64,000 nt of DNA from Eledone cirrhosa (Eukaryota): the NCBI GenBank assembly GCA_964016885.1, contig OZ024759.1:3844001-3908000 (forward strand), read 5' to 3'. Position 1 is the stretch's first letter; each line of letters begins with the position of its first letter. Positions 13,340 to 26,300 of this stretch are shown piece after piece. The notes under the pieces are model-generated. The model saw only the letters and a list, made by a program, of their open reading frames with translations, did no database searches and was not told where the DNA came from. Both the position numbers and the translations under genes were made by a program.

Positions 13340-13590
13340 GTGGAGGTGTGTGGCCTAGTGGTAAGGGTGTTGGACTTGCAATCATAATGTCATGGGTTCG
13401 ATTCCTGGGCTGAGTTGTGCGTTGTATTCTTGAGCAAAACACTTCATTTCACGCTGCTCCAGTATACTCAGCTGAAAACGAGTACCAGCAATAGCTGGGG
13501 TTTTGACCCCACGATGGATTGGCGTCCTGTCCAGGGAGGAGTCTTGTACTCTCAGTCATTTCACACCATAAAAATGGGATAAGCACCTAC
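13340..13590 (+). mobile_element. tRNA-derived CORE-type SINE; related copies at ~10405-10537(-), 19808-19920, 20120-20372(-), 20610-20880, 29823-30390, 31868-32165, 44764-44940
   Basis: A box TGGCCTAGTGG, B box GGTTCGATTCC, CORE-like TTCTTGAGCAAAACACTT. Confidence 0.8.
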
Positions 13591-13645
13591 TATTGTCTTG
13601 ACACAATATATTATGTTACAAAAAAAGCTATACTACACCACTTAC

Positions 13646-13783
13646 CTGTCTGACAGTTGCTACCTTCATAACCAGCAGCACATCCTCCACTTGAACACAC
13701 ACCTGTCTGTTTGTTACACCTGCTGTTGTCAGCACAGGGGCATGTGTTGCCACAGTTTGGTCCAAATTTCCCCTCTGGACATT
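13646..13783 (-). CDS. EGF-like exon (7th visible)
   Basis: AG..GT, 138 bp, phase 1-1: CPEGKFGPNCGNTCPCADNSRCNKQTGVCSSGGCAAGYEGSNCQT. Confidence 0.9.
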
Positions 13784-13889
13784 CTACAATGAAAGATCAT
13801 GAGAAAACCTCTGCTCTTTTATCTCACTAAACATTTGTAAAAAAAATGAGGTTCAACTGAGTAAGAATACAAAGGATTAATAGGATTAA

Positions 13890-14110
13890 TCAACCCTTAC
13901 AATACTAAGGACCTTTGTTAAGTTATGTTCCAAATACCATCTTAACCGTTTTGATACCAAACTGCCAGATGTGGACCTTGTTCTTACAATACTAACAACC
14001 TTTGTTAAGTTATGTTCCAAATACCATCTTAACCCTTTTGATACCAAACTGCCAGATGTGGACCTTGTTCTTACAATACTAACAACCTTTGTTAAGTTAT
14101 GTTCCAAGCA
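13890..14110. repeat. 87-bp tandem repeat, ~2.5 copies
   Basis: 29-aa periodicity in ORF 13886..14107. Confidence 0.85.
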
Positions 14111-14164
14111 CCATCTGAGACCACTCTTGGCAGGTCTGTTGGATGTTGGCTTACCTGGGGCTAA

Positions 14165-14490
14165 ACAACATCAACAATACCTACTACAATATGCAATACC
14201 ACCACCACTACCACTATCACCAGCAGCAGCAGCACCACCAACACCACCACCACACCAACAACAACAAAACCAGCATCCTCCTCCTCACCACCACCACAAC
14301 TACCTCCACTCCACCACCACCATCACCACCTACACTCCACTCCCACTATAACCACGACAGCCACCTACACTCCACCAACACCACCACCACCACCACCACC
14401 ACCATCACCACCACCACCACCATCATCATCATCACCATCACCACCACCACCACCACCACCAGTACCACCATCATCATCACCACCACCATC
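14165..14490. repeat. (CAC/CAT/CAA)n low-complexity tract
   Basis: Direct reading. Confidence 0.85.
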
Positions 14491-15755
14491 TGGGAGATCC
14501 AAAATACTGTTGTGGTCCCATTCCATTACTTCACCAATCTTGTAGACCCTAAATATTGTAATGGTCACTGTCCTTTCTCTTCCACCAACCTGAGAGACCC
14601 TAAATACTGTTGTGGTCCATGTCCCTTCTCTTCCACCAATCTGGGAGTCCCTAAATACTGTCATGGTTCCTGTTCCTCCCTCCAGTAATCTTGGAGACCC
14701 TAAATACTGTTGTAGTACCTTCCCATTCCTTCCACTAATTTTGGAGACCCTAAATATTGCAATGGTTACTGTCCCTTCCTTCCTTCAATCTAGGGGACCC
14801 TAAATACTGTTCTGGTCCCTGTTCCTTCTCTTCCACCAATCAGTGAGTCCCTAAATACTGTCATGGTTCCTGTCCCTTACTTCTCTTCCACCAATCAGTG
14901 AGTCCCTTAATACTGCCGTAGTCCCTGTCTCTTCTCTTCCACCAATCAGTGAGTCTCTTAATACTGTTGTGGTCCCTGTCTCTTCTCTTCCACCAATCAG
15001 TGAGTCCCTAAATACTGTCGTGGTCCCTGTCTCTTCTCTTCCACCAATCAGTGAGTCTCTTAATACTGTTGTGGTCCCTGTCTCTTCTCTTCCACCAATC
15101 AGTGAGCCCCTAAATACTGCCGTAGTCCCTGTCTCTTCTCTTCCACCAATCAGTGAGTCCCTTAATACTGTCGTGGTCCCTGTCTCTTCTCTTCCACCAA
15201 TCAGTGAGTCCCTTAATACTGTTGTGGTCCCTGTCTCTTCTCTTCCACCAATCAGTGAGTCCCTAAATACTATCATGGTCCCTGTCTCTTCTCTTCCACC
15301 AATCAGTGAGTCTCTTAATATTGTCGTGGTCCCTGTCTCTTCTCTTCCACCAATCAGTGAGTCCCTAAATACTGTTGTGGTCCCTGTCTCTTCTCTTCCA
15401 CCAATCAGTGAGTCCCTAAATACTGTTGTGGTCCCTGTCTCTTCTCTTCCACCAATCAGTGAGTCCCTTAATACTGTCGTGGTCCATGTCTCTTCTCTTC
15501 CACCAATCAGTGAGTCCCTTAATACTGTTGTGGTCCCTGTCTCTTCTCTTCCACCAATCAGTGAGTCCCTAAATACTATCATGGTCCCTGTCTCTTCTCT
15601 TCCACCAATCAGTGAGTCCCTAAATACTGTCGTGGTCCCTGTCTCTTCTCTTCCACCAATCAGTGAGTCCCTAAATACTGTCGTGGTCCCTGTCTCTTCT
15701 CTTCCACCAATCAGTGAGTCCCTAAATACTGTCGTGGTCCCTGTCTCTTCCCTCT
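14490..15755. repeat. 51-bp intronic tandem repeat, homogeneous near the exon and degenerate toward 14490
   Basis: 17-aa periodicity in ORFs 14851..15906 and 14969..15766. Confidence 0.92.
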
Positions 15756-15782
15756 CTAAAGGGTAAACAGATAAAAACTTAC

Positions 15783-15920
15783 TTGACTGGCAGCTGTGTC
15801 CCCTGTAACCAGGTGAGCACCTTCCATTGATGCAGATACCATTGTCAGAGTAACATTTGCCATTATTCAGACAGTGGCACTTCTTCACACAGTTGACACC
15901 AAACATGCCATGGGCACATC
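15783..15920 (-). CDS. EGF-like exon (6th visible)
   Basis: AG..GTAAGT, 138 bp: GCAHGMFGVNCVKKCHCLNNGKCYSDNGICINGRCSPGYRGHSCQS. Confidence 0.9.
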
Positions 15921-15946
15921 CTGAGAAAACAACTTCAATATGTAAT

Positions 15947-16521
15947 TACTGTATTTCCTGACGCCGAAGACACTTCGTCCTCGAGGACACACCCTAATTC
16001 TGACAACCAAAAATTTGAAAAAAAATAATTGTTTCTACTTTTGGCACAAGGCCAGCAATTATCCCAATGTATTACTGGTACTTTATTTTATCGACCCCGT
16101 AAGGATGAATGGCAAAGTTAACCTCGGCGGGATTTGAACTCAGACCATAAAGGGACGTAACTCTTTGCTGCAAAGCATGGCGTCAGACCGATACTGCCAA
16201 TCCACCGCTCTTTGAATTTGAAGAAAAATAATTGTTTCTACTATTGGCACAAGGCCAGCAATCACCCAGTACATTACTGGTACTTTATTTTATCGACTCC
16301 GTAAAGATGAAAGGCAAAGTTAACCTTGGCAGGATTTGAACTCAGAATGGCAAGTGCTGTAACTCTATGCGTCAAAGCATGGCGTCCGACCCTCTACCGA
16401 TACTGCCAATTCACCGCCCTTTGAAGAAAAATAATAAACAACTTTCGGCCTCCAGGATGCATGGTAGATTTTTGAGACTTATTTTAGTAAAAGTAGCGTC
16501 TTTGACGCCGGGAAATACGGT
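15947..16521. mobile_element. Tc1/mariner-superfamily (pogo/Tc2-like) MITE holding two tandem minus-strand Meta-domain SINEs (~16025-16420)
   Basis: TIRs TACTGTATTTCCTGACGCCGAAGAC / GTCTTTGACGCCGGGAAATACGGT; copy without SINEs at 51001-51137. Confidence 0.7.
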
Positions 16522-16689
16522 GAGTTTAATTAATTCAAATTTCAGAGTTGTTATCTTTCATCCTTTGAGTGTATCCCATTTACAATAGTAACTCTATAAC
16601 CCTGCATGTTGTAGAAAGAGCCTAAAATAGTTTGGCATCAAGAAGGGCATCCAGCAGCAAAATAATGCCTCAATACTATATATCATCAT

Positions 16690-17090
16690 CATCATTGGAT
16701 GCGCAATGTCAATGTGCATGAATGAGCAAGCATAGACGAGTTGAGAAAGAAATTGTGTATAATAGGGATAAGCTGTAGTGTGTGGGAGAGAAGACTGCGT
16801 TGGTATAGACATATGATGTGCATGGAGGATGACTGCTGGGTAAAGAAGTGCCAAGAAATCCCAGGAGAAAGAAGATGCAGTAGAGGAAGACCACGAAAAT
16901 CATGGACGAAGGTGGTGAGATCTGACCTCAGATTGCTGAAGCTCATGGAGGAGATGACGAAAGACTGTGATGAATGGAGAGATGCTGTGCTGTATAGGAC
17001 CCATCCCACCCTTGCAAGCAGGGAAAAGCGGACGTAAAATGATGATGATGATCATCATCATGGTTATCATCATCATCATCATCATCATTG
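16690..17090 (+). mobile_element. RTE LINE 3' fragment with (GAT)n tail
   Basis: ORF 16741..17037 RRLRWYRHM...RGRPRKSW. Confidence 0.85.
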
Positions 17091-17269
17091 TTTAACATCC
17101 ATCTTCCACACTAGTCTGGATTAGATGGTTTTGTTCCACTTGAGGTGAGATTGGTCTGGAGACTGTGTCTTGCTTGTACAGAACTGTCTTTGGTAGGTTT
17201 TTTACCCCTGGAGGCCCTTCCTAACACCAACCACATTTACAGTGTACATCTTCTGTTTATTACATAATT

Positions 17270-17335
17270 CTGTTATACGTATTTCGAAGATGTCAGAGTG
17301 GTTGCATAACTTTCTGACATGTTCTCTTCAGACAA
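17270..17335 (-). ncRNA. Type I hammerhead ribozyme with long stem II, intronic and sense to the host gene
   Basis: Minus strand TTGT-CTGAAGA-GAAcATGTCAGA[loop]TCTGACATcTTC-GAAAT ACGT ATA-ACAG. Confidence 0.8.
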
Positions 17336-18114
17336 GTTGAAATTTGTGTTCTTTTATTTTGTTTTTGATATGCTACCAAGGAGTGGGGGTTAGAGTTGTG
17401 TTTGCATTCCTGTCCAGTTGTTATATGGTTTGGATGGCTATTCTAGTAGGCAGATATGAAGCAGGAGGTGCTATTGTTGCTGACATACTAGGGATGGTAA
17501 GTAGGTTAAGGTATCAAATTACCAGAGGGGTAAGTCATCACCCCACCCCCCGTTCATATATGTTAAAGAATTTGTTCGAATAATCTACTTATTTTTTTGT
17601 TTATTTGAACTTTGTTTATTTGTTTGAACTACATAGCTATATATCCAGGCTGTGTATTATTAGAGAAGGTGATTCTTGTGTAACTATGTAAGGATGCATT
17701 AAATGTATAGATTTAGTCATTATGTTCAGCTCTAGGTGGAAGTTAGCATGGAACGTGTTAACTATCTAATCTAAGGAAAGTTTTAGATATTTTATGCATA
17801 CAAGTATTAACTCTTTAGCATTTACATTACTCTGTAATGTATTTTCTCTGTAAAGTCTTTACCTCACATAATAATCTCACATAATATCAAATCCACAAGA
17901 TTTTGATATTATTTATTTTGAGAACAATACCTTAACAAAAGTATGAGCAGCCAGTTACGGCTGGTTTGAACAGAAAAAGCACCACCTACACTCCACTCCC
18001 ACTATAACCATGACAGCCACCTCCACTCCACTCCCACTATAACCACGACAGCCACCAACACTCCACTCCCACTATAACCATGACAACCACCTACACTCCA
18101 CCACCACCACTCAC

Positions 18115-18249
18115 CTTTACAAGTGTTATTCACATCAATATATCCATCTTTACATCCAGTCACACATTTGCCAGTCAATTGATCACATGTCTTTCTGCAG
18201 TTGTTGCACTCTTCTTTACAATTTCTTCCATAGAATCCAGGGAGACATT
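18115..18249 (-). CDS. EGF-like exon (5th visible)
   Basis: AG..GTGAGT, 135 bp: CLPGFYGRNCKEECNNCRKTCDQLTGKCVTGCKDGYIDVNNTCK. Confidence 0.9.
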
Positions 18250-18286
18250 CTAGAAAGACAAACAATCTTAGTCATTATTTCAATCT

Positions 18287-18670
18287 AGGGCAGTGGATTG
18301 GCAGAATCGGTGGAGCATCGAACACCATGCTTTGCGGCATAAAGTTATGGCCCTTTATGATCTGAGTTCCAATCCCGCCGAGGGTAACTTTGCTTTTCAT
18401 CCTTACGGGGTCTTGTGCCTATATAAGGAACCATTATTTTAATCAAGGGCGGTGGATTGGCAGTATCGTTAGAGTGTCGAACACCATGCTTTGCGGTATT
18501 GAGTTACGACCCTTTCCATTCTGAGTTCAAAACCCGCCAAAGTTAGCTTGGCCTTTCATCCTTACGGGGTCGATAAAATAAAGTACCAGTCACACAATGG
18601 GGTCATTTAAATCGACTTTCCCCCTTCCCTTCAAATTACTGGCCTTGTGCCAACAGTAGAAACAATTATT
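18287..18670 (+). mobile_element. Two tandem Meta-domain tRNA SINEs; further copies at 21573-21790, 30783-30950(-), 32560-33120(-), 33145-33460
   Basis: GCCTTTCATCCTTACGGGGTCGATAAAATAAAGTACCAG central domain; B box GAGTTCAAAACC. Confidence 0.75.
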
Positions 18671-18700
18671 TCAATCTACACTTTGACAATGCTGTTTATT

Positions 18701-19346
18701 TTAACCCTTTAGCATTTACATTACCCTGTATTTACTATTGTATTTTCATGGTAAAGGCTTTACCTCACATAATTATCTCATAACATTTACATTACTCTGT
18801 ATTTACTATTGTATTTTCATGGTAAAGGCTTTACCTCACATAATATCTCACATAACATTTACATTACTCTGTATTTACTATTGTACTTTCATGGTAAAGG
18901 CTTTACCTCACATAATTATCTCACATAACATTTACATTACCCTGTATTTACTATTGTATTTTCATGGTAAAGGCTTTACCTCACATAATATCTCACATAA
19001 CATTTACATTACTCTGTATTTACTATTGTATTTTCATGGTAAAGGCTTTACCTCACATAATTATCTCAAATAACATTTACATTACTCTGTATTTACTAAT
19101 GTATTTTCATGGTAAAGGCTTTACCTCACATAATTATCTCACATAACATTTACCTTACTCTGTATTTACTATTGTATTTTCATGGTAAAGGCTTTACCTC
19201 ACATAATGTTGAATCTACAAGATTTTAATATTATTTATTTTGAGAACAAAACCTTAACATCAGTATGAGTGACCAGTTGCAGCTGATTTGAACAGAGGTT
19301 AGAGATTTCTGGCCGGATATGGCCAGTTTAAATGCTAAAGGGTTAA
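18701..19346. mobile_element. TTAA-flanked MITE with ~6-7 internal 72-75 bp tandem units
   Basis: TTAACCCTTTAGCATTTA ... TAAATGCTAAAGGGTTAA. Confidence 0.82.
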
Positions 19347-20990
19347 ACTGTTTACATTCCATTATAATTTCATGTAAGAACCTTTGTTAAGTTACATTCC
19401 AAACCACCTGAAACTGCCCCAGGTTCTATGCTACAAAATTGTTTATTCCAAAGCCTTTATATTATCTAAAAATCTTCCATCTAATTTCATGTAAGAACCT
19501 TTGTTAAGTTACATTCCAAACCACCTGAAACTGCCCTTATTCCACTTTAAGTTTACGGTTCATTTCTTTTTCATTTAGAATTGTCTCCTGCAAGAACATA
19601 GATGAAAATGGATGAAAATGCACAAAAATTCAAACTGGTTATAATCAACAAGTAAAATCTTATTCATTTTTTTTTTTTTGGCATGGCATTGGAAAAGCAT
19701 CACACTGTCTAAAAAAGTCTGTCTTAAACCAGAAGGCTTGTTAGGCCAATGCTTATCTCGGTTTCATGGCATGAAGCAACTTGAAGTACAAGACACCTTG
19801 CTGTGAAGGCACATGTCTTAGTGGTTAGAGCATTGGGCTTGCAATCGAAAGGTTGTGAGTTCAATTCTTGAGCAAGACACTTTATTTCACATTGCTCCAG
19901 TTTACTCAGCTGTAGAAATGAAATGATAGGACTGGGGTCCCTATCATTAAATTACTCTAGACACCTCCAACGAGATATACCTTGGAGGAGGCCAGCTAAA
20001 CCTGCATATGTGTGAGCTGTAACAACAACAACCTCGCTGGACAGGACACCAGTCCATCACAGGGTTAAACCTCCAGCTATTACTGGTACTCATTTTCAGC
20101 TATATAATACAATATATTTTTCGTTAGGCTGGTGCTTATCTCTGTTTCATGGCGTGAAGCGACTGGGAGTACAAGATTCCCCCCTGGACAGGACACCAGT
20201 CCATCACAGGGTTAAACTTCCAGCTATTACTGGTACTCATTTTCAGCTGAGTATACTGGAGCAATGTGAAGTGAAGTGTTTTGCTCAAGAACACAACATG
20301 TAACCCAGCCCAGGAATTGAACCCATGACATTATGATTCTAAGTCCAACACCCTTACCACTAGGCAATGCACCAAACTGTGCAACTCCTAAATATTTTTG
20401 TATCTCCTCGTGTTTGTGTTTTTGTAGTTTTTATGTCAAATGAATTCAGAGCATAATCGACATGTGATGATTTCAACTAAAACCTGTTTCCCTATAAATA
20501 TGAAACACCCTAATATATATGTATATATGTTAAAGGTATATTATAAAGAGAAAGGACCTGCTGGCTGAGCTCTTGCTCTTTATAAAATAGCCATGCTCTA
20601 CTACCGCGGGCTTTGTGTTGTGTTCTTGAGCAAGACACTTTATTTCACGTTGCTCCAGTTCACTCAGCTGTGGAAATAGGTTGCGATGTCACTGGTGCCA
20701 AGCTGTATCGGCCATTGCCTTTCCCTTGGACAATATCAGTGGCATAGAGAGGGGAGGCTGTTATGCATGGGCTACTGCTGGTCTTCCACAAAACAACCTT
20801 GCCCAGACTTGTGCCTTGGAGGGGAACTTTCTAGACTCAAATTCTATGGTCATTCGTGACCGAAGGATCTCTTTACCTTTTACCCTTACTAACCCATGTA
20901 TCGAATACTCTGTTCAGTAATGGTCTAACTAGTTTTAAACTGGTTCTATCCTGATTTATGTTAAAGGTATAAAGGTATCTATATACTTAT

Positions 20991-21179
20991 GAAAGACCTC
21001 CACTTCACACATGCTAAGGCTAGGTCCTGACAGCAGAATTATTGTGATTTTGTTGCCCTTAACAGGACTAGAACATTGCACATCAATAACTTTTGTCTTC
21101 TCTAGATTGGAAATCTTCTCACATATTCTGTGTTTTTTGTCTTTTGATACCAACACTATTATTGAGAATTTATTTTGTG
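20991..21179 (-). CDS. C-terminal half of the F-type lectin-like domain (4th visible exon), non-canonical AT donor
   Basis: 189 bp: QNKFSIIVLVSKDKKHRICEKISNLEKTKVIDVQCSSPVKGNKITIILLSGPSLSMCEVEVF; ends in the FTP-like (L)CEVEV motif; donor reads C|ATAAGT. Confidence 0.82.
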
Positions 21180-23384
21180 CTGCAGAAAAACATGGTAAGA
21201 AAGTTAAAACAAAAAACAAATAGCAATGGTATTTGGTGGTGATGGTGGTGAGGAGGAGGGAGATTTGGGTGAAGTTTAGTCAAAAACTGATTGGCAAACA
21301 TGGGCTTGGACCAGTGCAAGATTTAGGGCACATGAAGCCCTGTGCTAGTTATGTTATGAGGCCTCTTACTCGTAAAAAATTCATCATAAAAAATTGTGCC
21401 AAATTTAGAATTAACCCTTTAGCATTTAAACCGGTTGTATTCGGCCAGAATTTTCTCAACTCTTTCTATTCAAACTGGCTGTAACTGGACACTCATACTT
21501 ATATTAAGGTATTGTTCTCAAAATAAATAACATCAAAATCTCATAGATTCGATATTATGTGAGATAATTATGAGGGCGGTGGATTGGCAGTATCGGTAGA
21601 GGGTCGGACGCCATGCTTTGCTGCATAGAGTTACGGCCCTTTATGATTTGAGTTCAATCCTGCCGATGTTAACTTTGCATTTCATCCTTATGGGGTTGAT
21701 AAAATAAAGTACCAGTCACTCACTGGGGTTGATTTAATCGACGTTCCCCCTACCCCAAAATTGCTGGCCTTGTGCCTATATAAAAAACCATTATGTGAGA
21801 TAATTATGAGGTAAAGCCTTTACTGTGACAATACAATAGTATATATAGAGTAATGTAAATGTTGTGTGAGATATTATGTGAGGTAAAGCCTTTACTGTGA
21901 CAATACAATAGTATATATAGAGTAATGTAAATGTTATGTGAGGTATTATGTGAGGTAAAGCCTTTACTGTGACAATACAATAGTATATATAGAGTAAAGT
22001 AAATGTTATGTGAGATATTATGTGAGGTAAAGCCTCTACTGTGACAATACAATAGTATATATAGAGTAATGTAAATGTTATGTGAGGTATTATGTGAGGT
22101 AAAGCCTTTACTGTGACAATACAATAGTATATATAGAGTAATGTAAATGTTATGTGAGATATTATGTGAGGTAAAGCCTTTACTGTGACAATACAATAGT
22201 ATATATAGAGTAATGTAAATGTTATGTGAGATATTATGTGAGGTAAAGCCTCTACTGTGACAATACAATAGTATATATAGAGTAATGTAAATGTTATGTG
22301 AGATATTATGTGAGGTAAAGCCTCTACTGTGACAATACAATAGTATATATAGAGTAATGTAAATGTTATGTGAGGTATTATGTGAGGTAAAGCCTTTACT
22401 GTGACAATACAATAGTATATATAGAGTAATGTAAATGTTATGTGAGATATTATGTGAGGTAAAGCCTTTACTGTGACAATACAATAGTATATATAGAGTA
22501 ATGTAAATGTTATGTGAGATATTATGTGAGGTAAAGCCTCTACTGTGACAATACAATAGTATATATAGAGTAATGTAAATGTTATGTGAGGTATTATGTG
22601 AGGTAAAGCCTTTACTGTGACAATACAATAGTATATATAGAGTAATCTAAATGTTATGTGAGGTATTATGTGAGGTAAAGCCTTTACTGTGACAATACAA
22701 TAGTATATATAGAGTAATCTAAATGTTATGTGAGGTATTATGTGAGGTAAAGCCTTTACTGTGACAATACAATAGTATATATAGAGTAATCTAAATGTTA
22801 TGTGAGGTATTATGTGAGGTAAAGCCTCTACTGTGACAATACAATAGTATATATAGAGTAATGTAAATGTTATGTGAGATATTATGTGAGGTAAAGCCTT
22901 TACTGTGAAAATACAATAGTATATATAGAGTAATGTAAATGTTATGTGAGATATTATGTGAGGTAAAGCCTTTACTGTGACAATACAATAGTATATATAG
23001 AGTAATGTAAATGTTATGTGAGGTATTATGTGAGGTAAAGCCTTTACTGTGACAATACAATAGTATATATAGAGTAATCTAAATGTTATGTGAGGTATTA
23101 TGTGAGGTAAAGCCTTTACTGTGAAAATACAATAGTATATATAGAGTGGTTTCTTTATTTGCCACTAGGGCACAAAAGGTAGGGACAGATACAAGGGGGG
23201 AAGTTTACATATAATTAACGAGTACAAAAATATAACAATGAAATAACAACAACAAACGAAGTCCTCAATAGGGAGGGGGCATTAACATGGGTCGCACACA
23301 CCCCGGAAAAAATGTGCAACCCTTCTCCTCAGGAGCACAAAGAGTAGGTGCTTCCCTCGTCTCCTCTTTTTCCTGTTCTTTCAC

Positions 23385-26300
23385 CTACAGGCTGATATAG
23401 AGAGAAGACCCATTCACTCTGGCCATTCTCCCTACTTTCACCCACCTTTCATAAAACTTGCTGGGGTAGAGCACCTCTCTCTCCATTCTGATCCTTCTTT
23501 TAAAATGGTATTTGAAAAAGAGGACCAGTTGTTGGCCGGAGAGAAAGGTGTCTGACCTCAGCCCTTTCAGCCTCGTCCACCATACAACTTCTTTAGCCAT
23601 GGCTATCACACAGAGAAAAACCGCCTCTCCTTCGTTTTTGAAAGGGGGAGGCGCTTTGATCGTGACAATGGACTCGGTGGTCAACCGGATTGGTTCCACC
23701 CTCAACAGTAGTCGTTCCACATAGCCCCACAGGTCAGCAATGCCTGGGCAGTGTACGAATGCGTGCGCAACGGTTTCGTCATCATGCACGCATCTCGGAC
23801 AGATCTTATTCAAAGGATCTCTACCTAGGCTCCCATGCCTGTGGAGCTTGTCTCGAACGGGTAGAGCCCCTCGGTAGCACTGCCAAGCCAGGGACTTTTG
23901 GAAGTTGTCCATCGGTCCAGGGCCAAACGTCCTACCGAACAGACTGGCCAGTTCATCTTCCTCTATGCCTAGAGCTTCTCCGAGAGCATCGTCGCACCTG
24001 CTGCGTACCAACCCTCTATAGAATGTCGAGGTGGAGTCTCCACTGATTGCCGGGTCCGCTTTCCAGAGGGCCGTGAGCGCCTGGGCACATTCAATGTGCC
24101 AGTCGCCCACTTTTCTCGGTCTTTGCTTGACCCAGGATTGCAGCTCGGTGAGCGAGACGAGTCTGGGAAAGGCTCGCCTCACAAACGGGGCCCACACCGG
24201 TTGACCGGTGAGGAATACCTGGAGGTGCCGTAGCCTTAATGCGTATTTACGCATCTGTAGCCACGGCATCCCCAGCCCTCCTTTCGAAGGGTGTTGACAG
24301 CAGATGGATCTCCTCACCAAAGGGGTCCGCTTGTTCCAAAGAAATTGGAACAGCGCGCACTCCATTTTGGCGAGTCTTTTCACTGGGCAAGGCACGACGG
24401 TCAAGCGGTAGTAGATGACGGATGCTATATAAGTATTCGCCACCTCCGCTCGACCTTTCAGGGATAGTTTGCACTGGGCCCACTTCTGGGTGAGTGCAAA
24501 CAGCCTGGCCGTTACCTCGTTCCAGTTTTTCTCCACCTGGAGGTCTGGTCCGAACCAGACCCCAAGCAGCTTCACCGGGCCCTCCGTCCAGCGTCCGAGG
24601 ACGTCGTTGGAGGGCATCGGTTTGCCTCTCCATGTTCCGAGTTGCAAACCGACGGACTTGTCCCGGTTCAGCTTGGCTCCTGTAAACCTTTCATATTCCT
24701 CCAGTAAGGTGCCGATCTCACCGATTTGCGAGGTTTTCGACACCATTACTGTCACGTCATCGGCGTAGGCCGACGCCGCTTTCTGCAATCCCGGTTCCAA
24801 AGGGATGCCCTGCAACCGCTCCAACTTCCGCAGTAGTGGCTCAAGAGCCAGCACATACAGTAGGGAGGAGAGAGGGTATCCCTGTTGGATGGATCGCATG
24901 ATTTGGAATGGCTCCGAGAGGTGGCCGTTCACCTTGACCCTTGAGCAGACGTTGCTGCTGTGCATCGCAGCAATCCAACCCCTGAAAACGGGTCCGAAGC
25001 CTGCCGCCGCGAGCACCGCATCCAGGTAACGATGGTCAACCCTATCGAAAGCTTTAGATTGATCCAAGTTGATCAGGGCCCCACCCCAAAGCCGGTTTCA
25101 TTCCCTACCCTCTCTATGATGTATCGCATAAGGTGGAGATTGTCGTGAATGGACCTGGACGGGATTGTGCATGTCTGCGCTTCTCCCACCAGGTTTCCAA
25201 CGACAAGCGCCAACCTCTTCGCTAACACCTTGGCCAAAATCTTTAACTCTGTATTTAGCAGAGTTATGGGCCTGAAGTTATTTATGTCATCCCCCTTGTT
25301 CTCATCCTTCCTCACCAGCGTAACTACGCCCTTGGTCACAGAACTGGGAATTCTCCCGTTCTGCTGCCAGTTGCAGTAGACAGCTTCGAAGATATCGGAG
25401 AACAAGTCCGGCATCGCTACATATAGCTCGTATGGTAGACCATCGAGACCCGGGGATTTGCGTTTGCTGCATTGGCTCAGCGCCGCCCCTATCTCAGCAG
25501 CTGAAATCGTCCTTTCGCAGGACTTCGCCTCCGCGTCCGAGAGGCGCGGCAGACCGTCGAGGTATGGATTGAAATCCATAGTCTCACCCGGCGCGCCGCC
25601 CCTCTCGAACAGTCATGCAAAGTGCCACTGAAAGGCCGCACACATCTGCCCAGGTTCAAGGATCACACGCCCATCCTGGTCCTTCAAAGACCGAATCGTG
25701 GACTTGTTACCACTTTTTGCCTCTGTCACTCGGGCCCAGCTCACAGCTTTGGCTCCCTCATTACCCAGAGCACGTATTTTACTCCTGACAACGCAGCCTT
25801 CATGCTTCACCTCAAAGAACTGGTCTAAGGCCATTCTTGATGCCAGCACGCCGGCTACATTGCCACTCCTAATCGCCTCATCTACTCTATCTACTAATTC
25901 CCTTTCCGTCTTGTTCCTATCCCTTGCTAATTCCTGACTAAAACCTATCGATTCTATTCTAATTGCTCTCTTAAGAGAGATTCACCACCTGTTGTTGACA
26001 ATTGCCCCTGTCAAACTCTGCTTAACTAACGTGCTAATCCGTTTACTGTAAGCTTTGCTTCTCGGTAAGGACAAGTTCAGCTTCCAGTAACCGGGTCCCT
26101 GTCTATGGGTTCTATCAAGGTTGGCTATGCAGGTCACTAACTTGTGATCCGAATAGTCAACCATGAACATTTTTGGACAGCTAAATGTGTCCCTATCCTT
26201 CTCTCTAACTAGGACCCTATCTAGGTACGACCTAGATGTTCCACTGCGATTGGTCCACGTCCATAGTGGTACAGTCGGAAAATCTAGTCGATATCTATCG

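Noticed and set aside
13340-13415. tRNA-like sequences with A and B boxes
   Set aside because: They are SINE heads continuing into CORE or Meta domains, not complete cloverleaf tRNA genes.
14851-15906. 351-aa ORF with an EGF followed by 17-aa repeats
   Set aside because: A consensus GTAAGT donor follows the EGF at 15782, so the repeats are intronic read-through.
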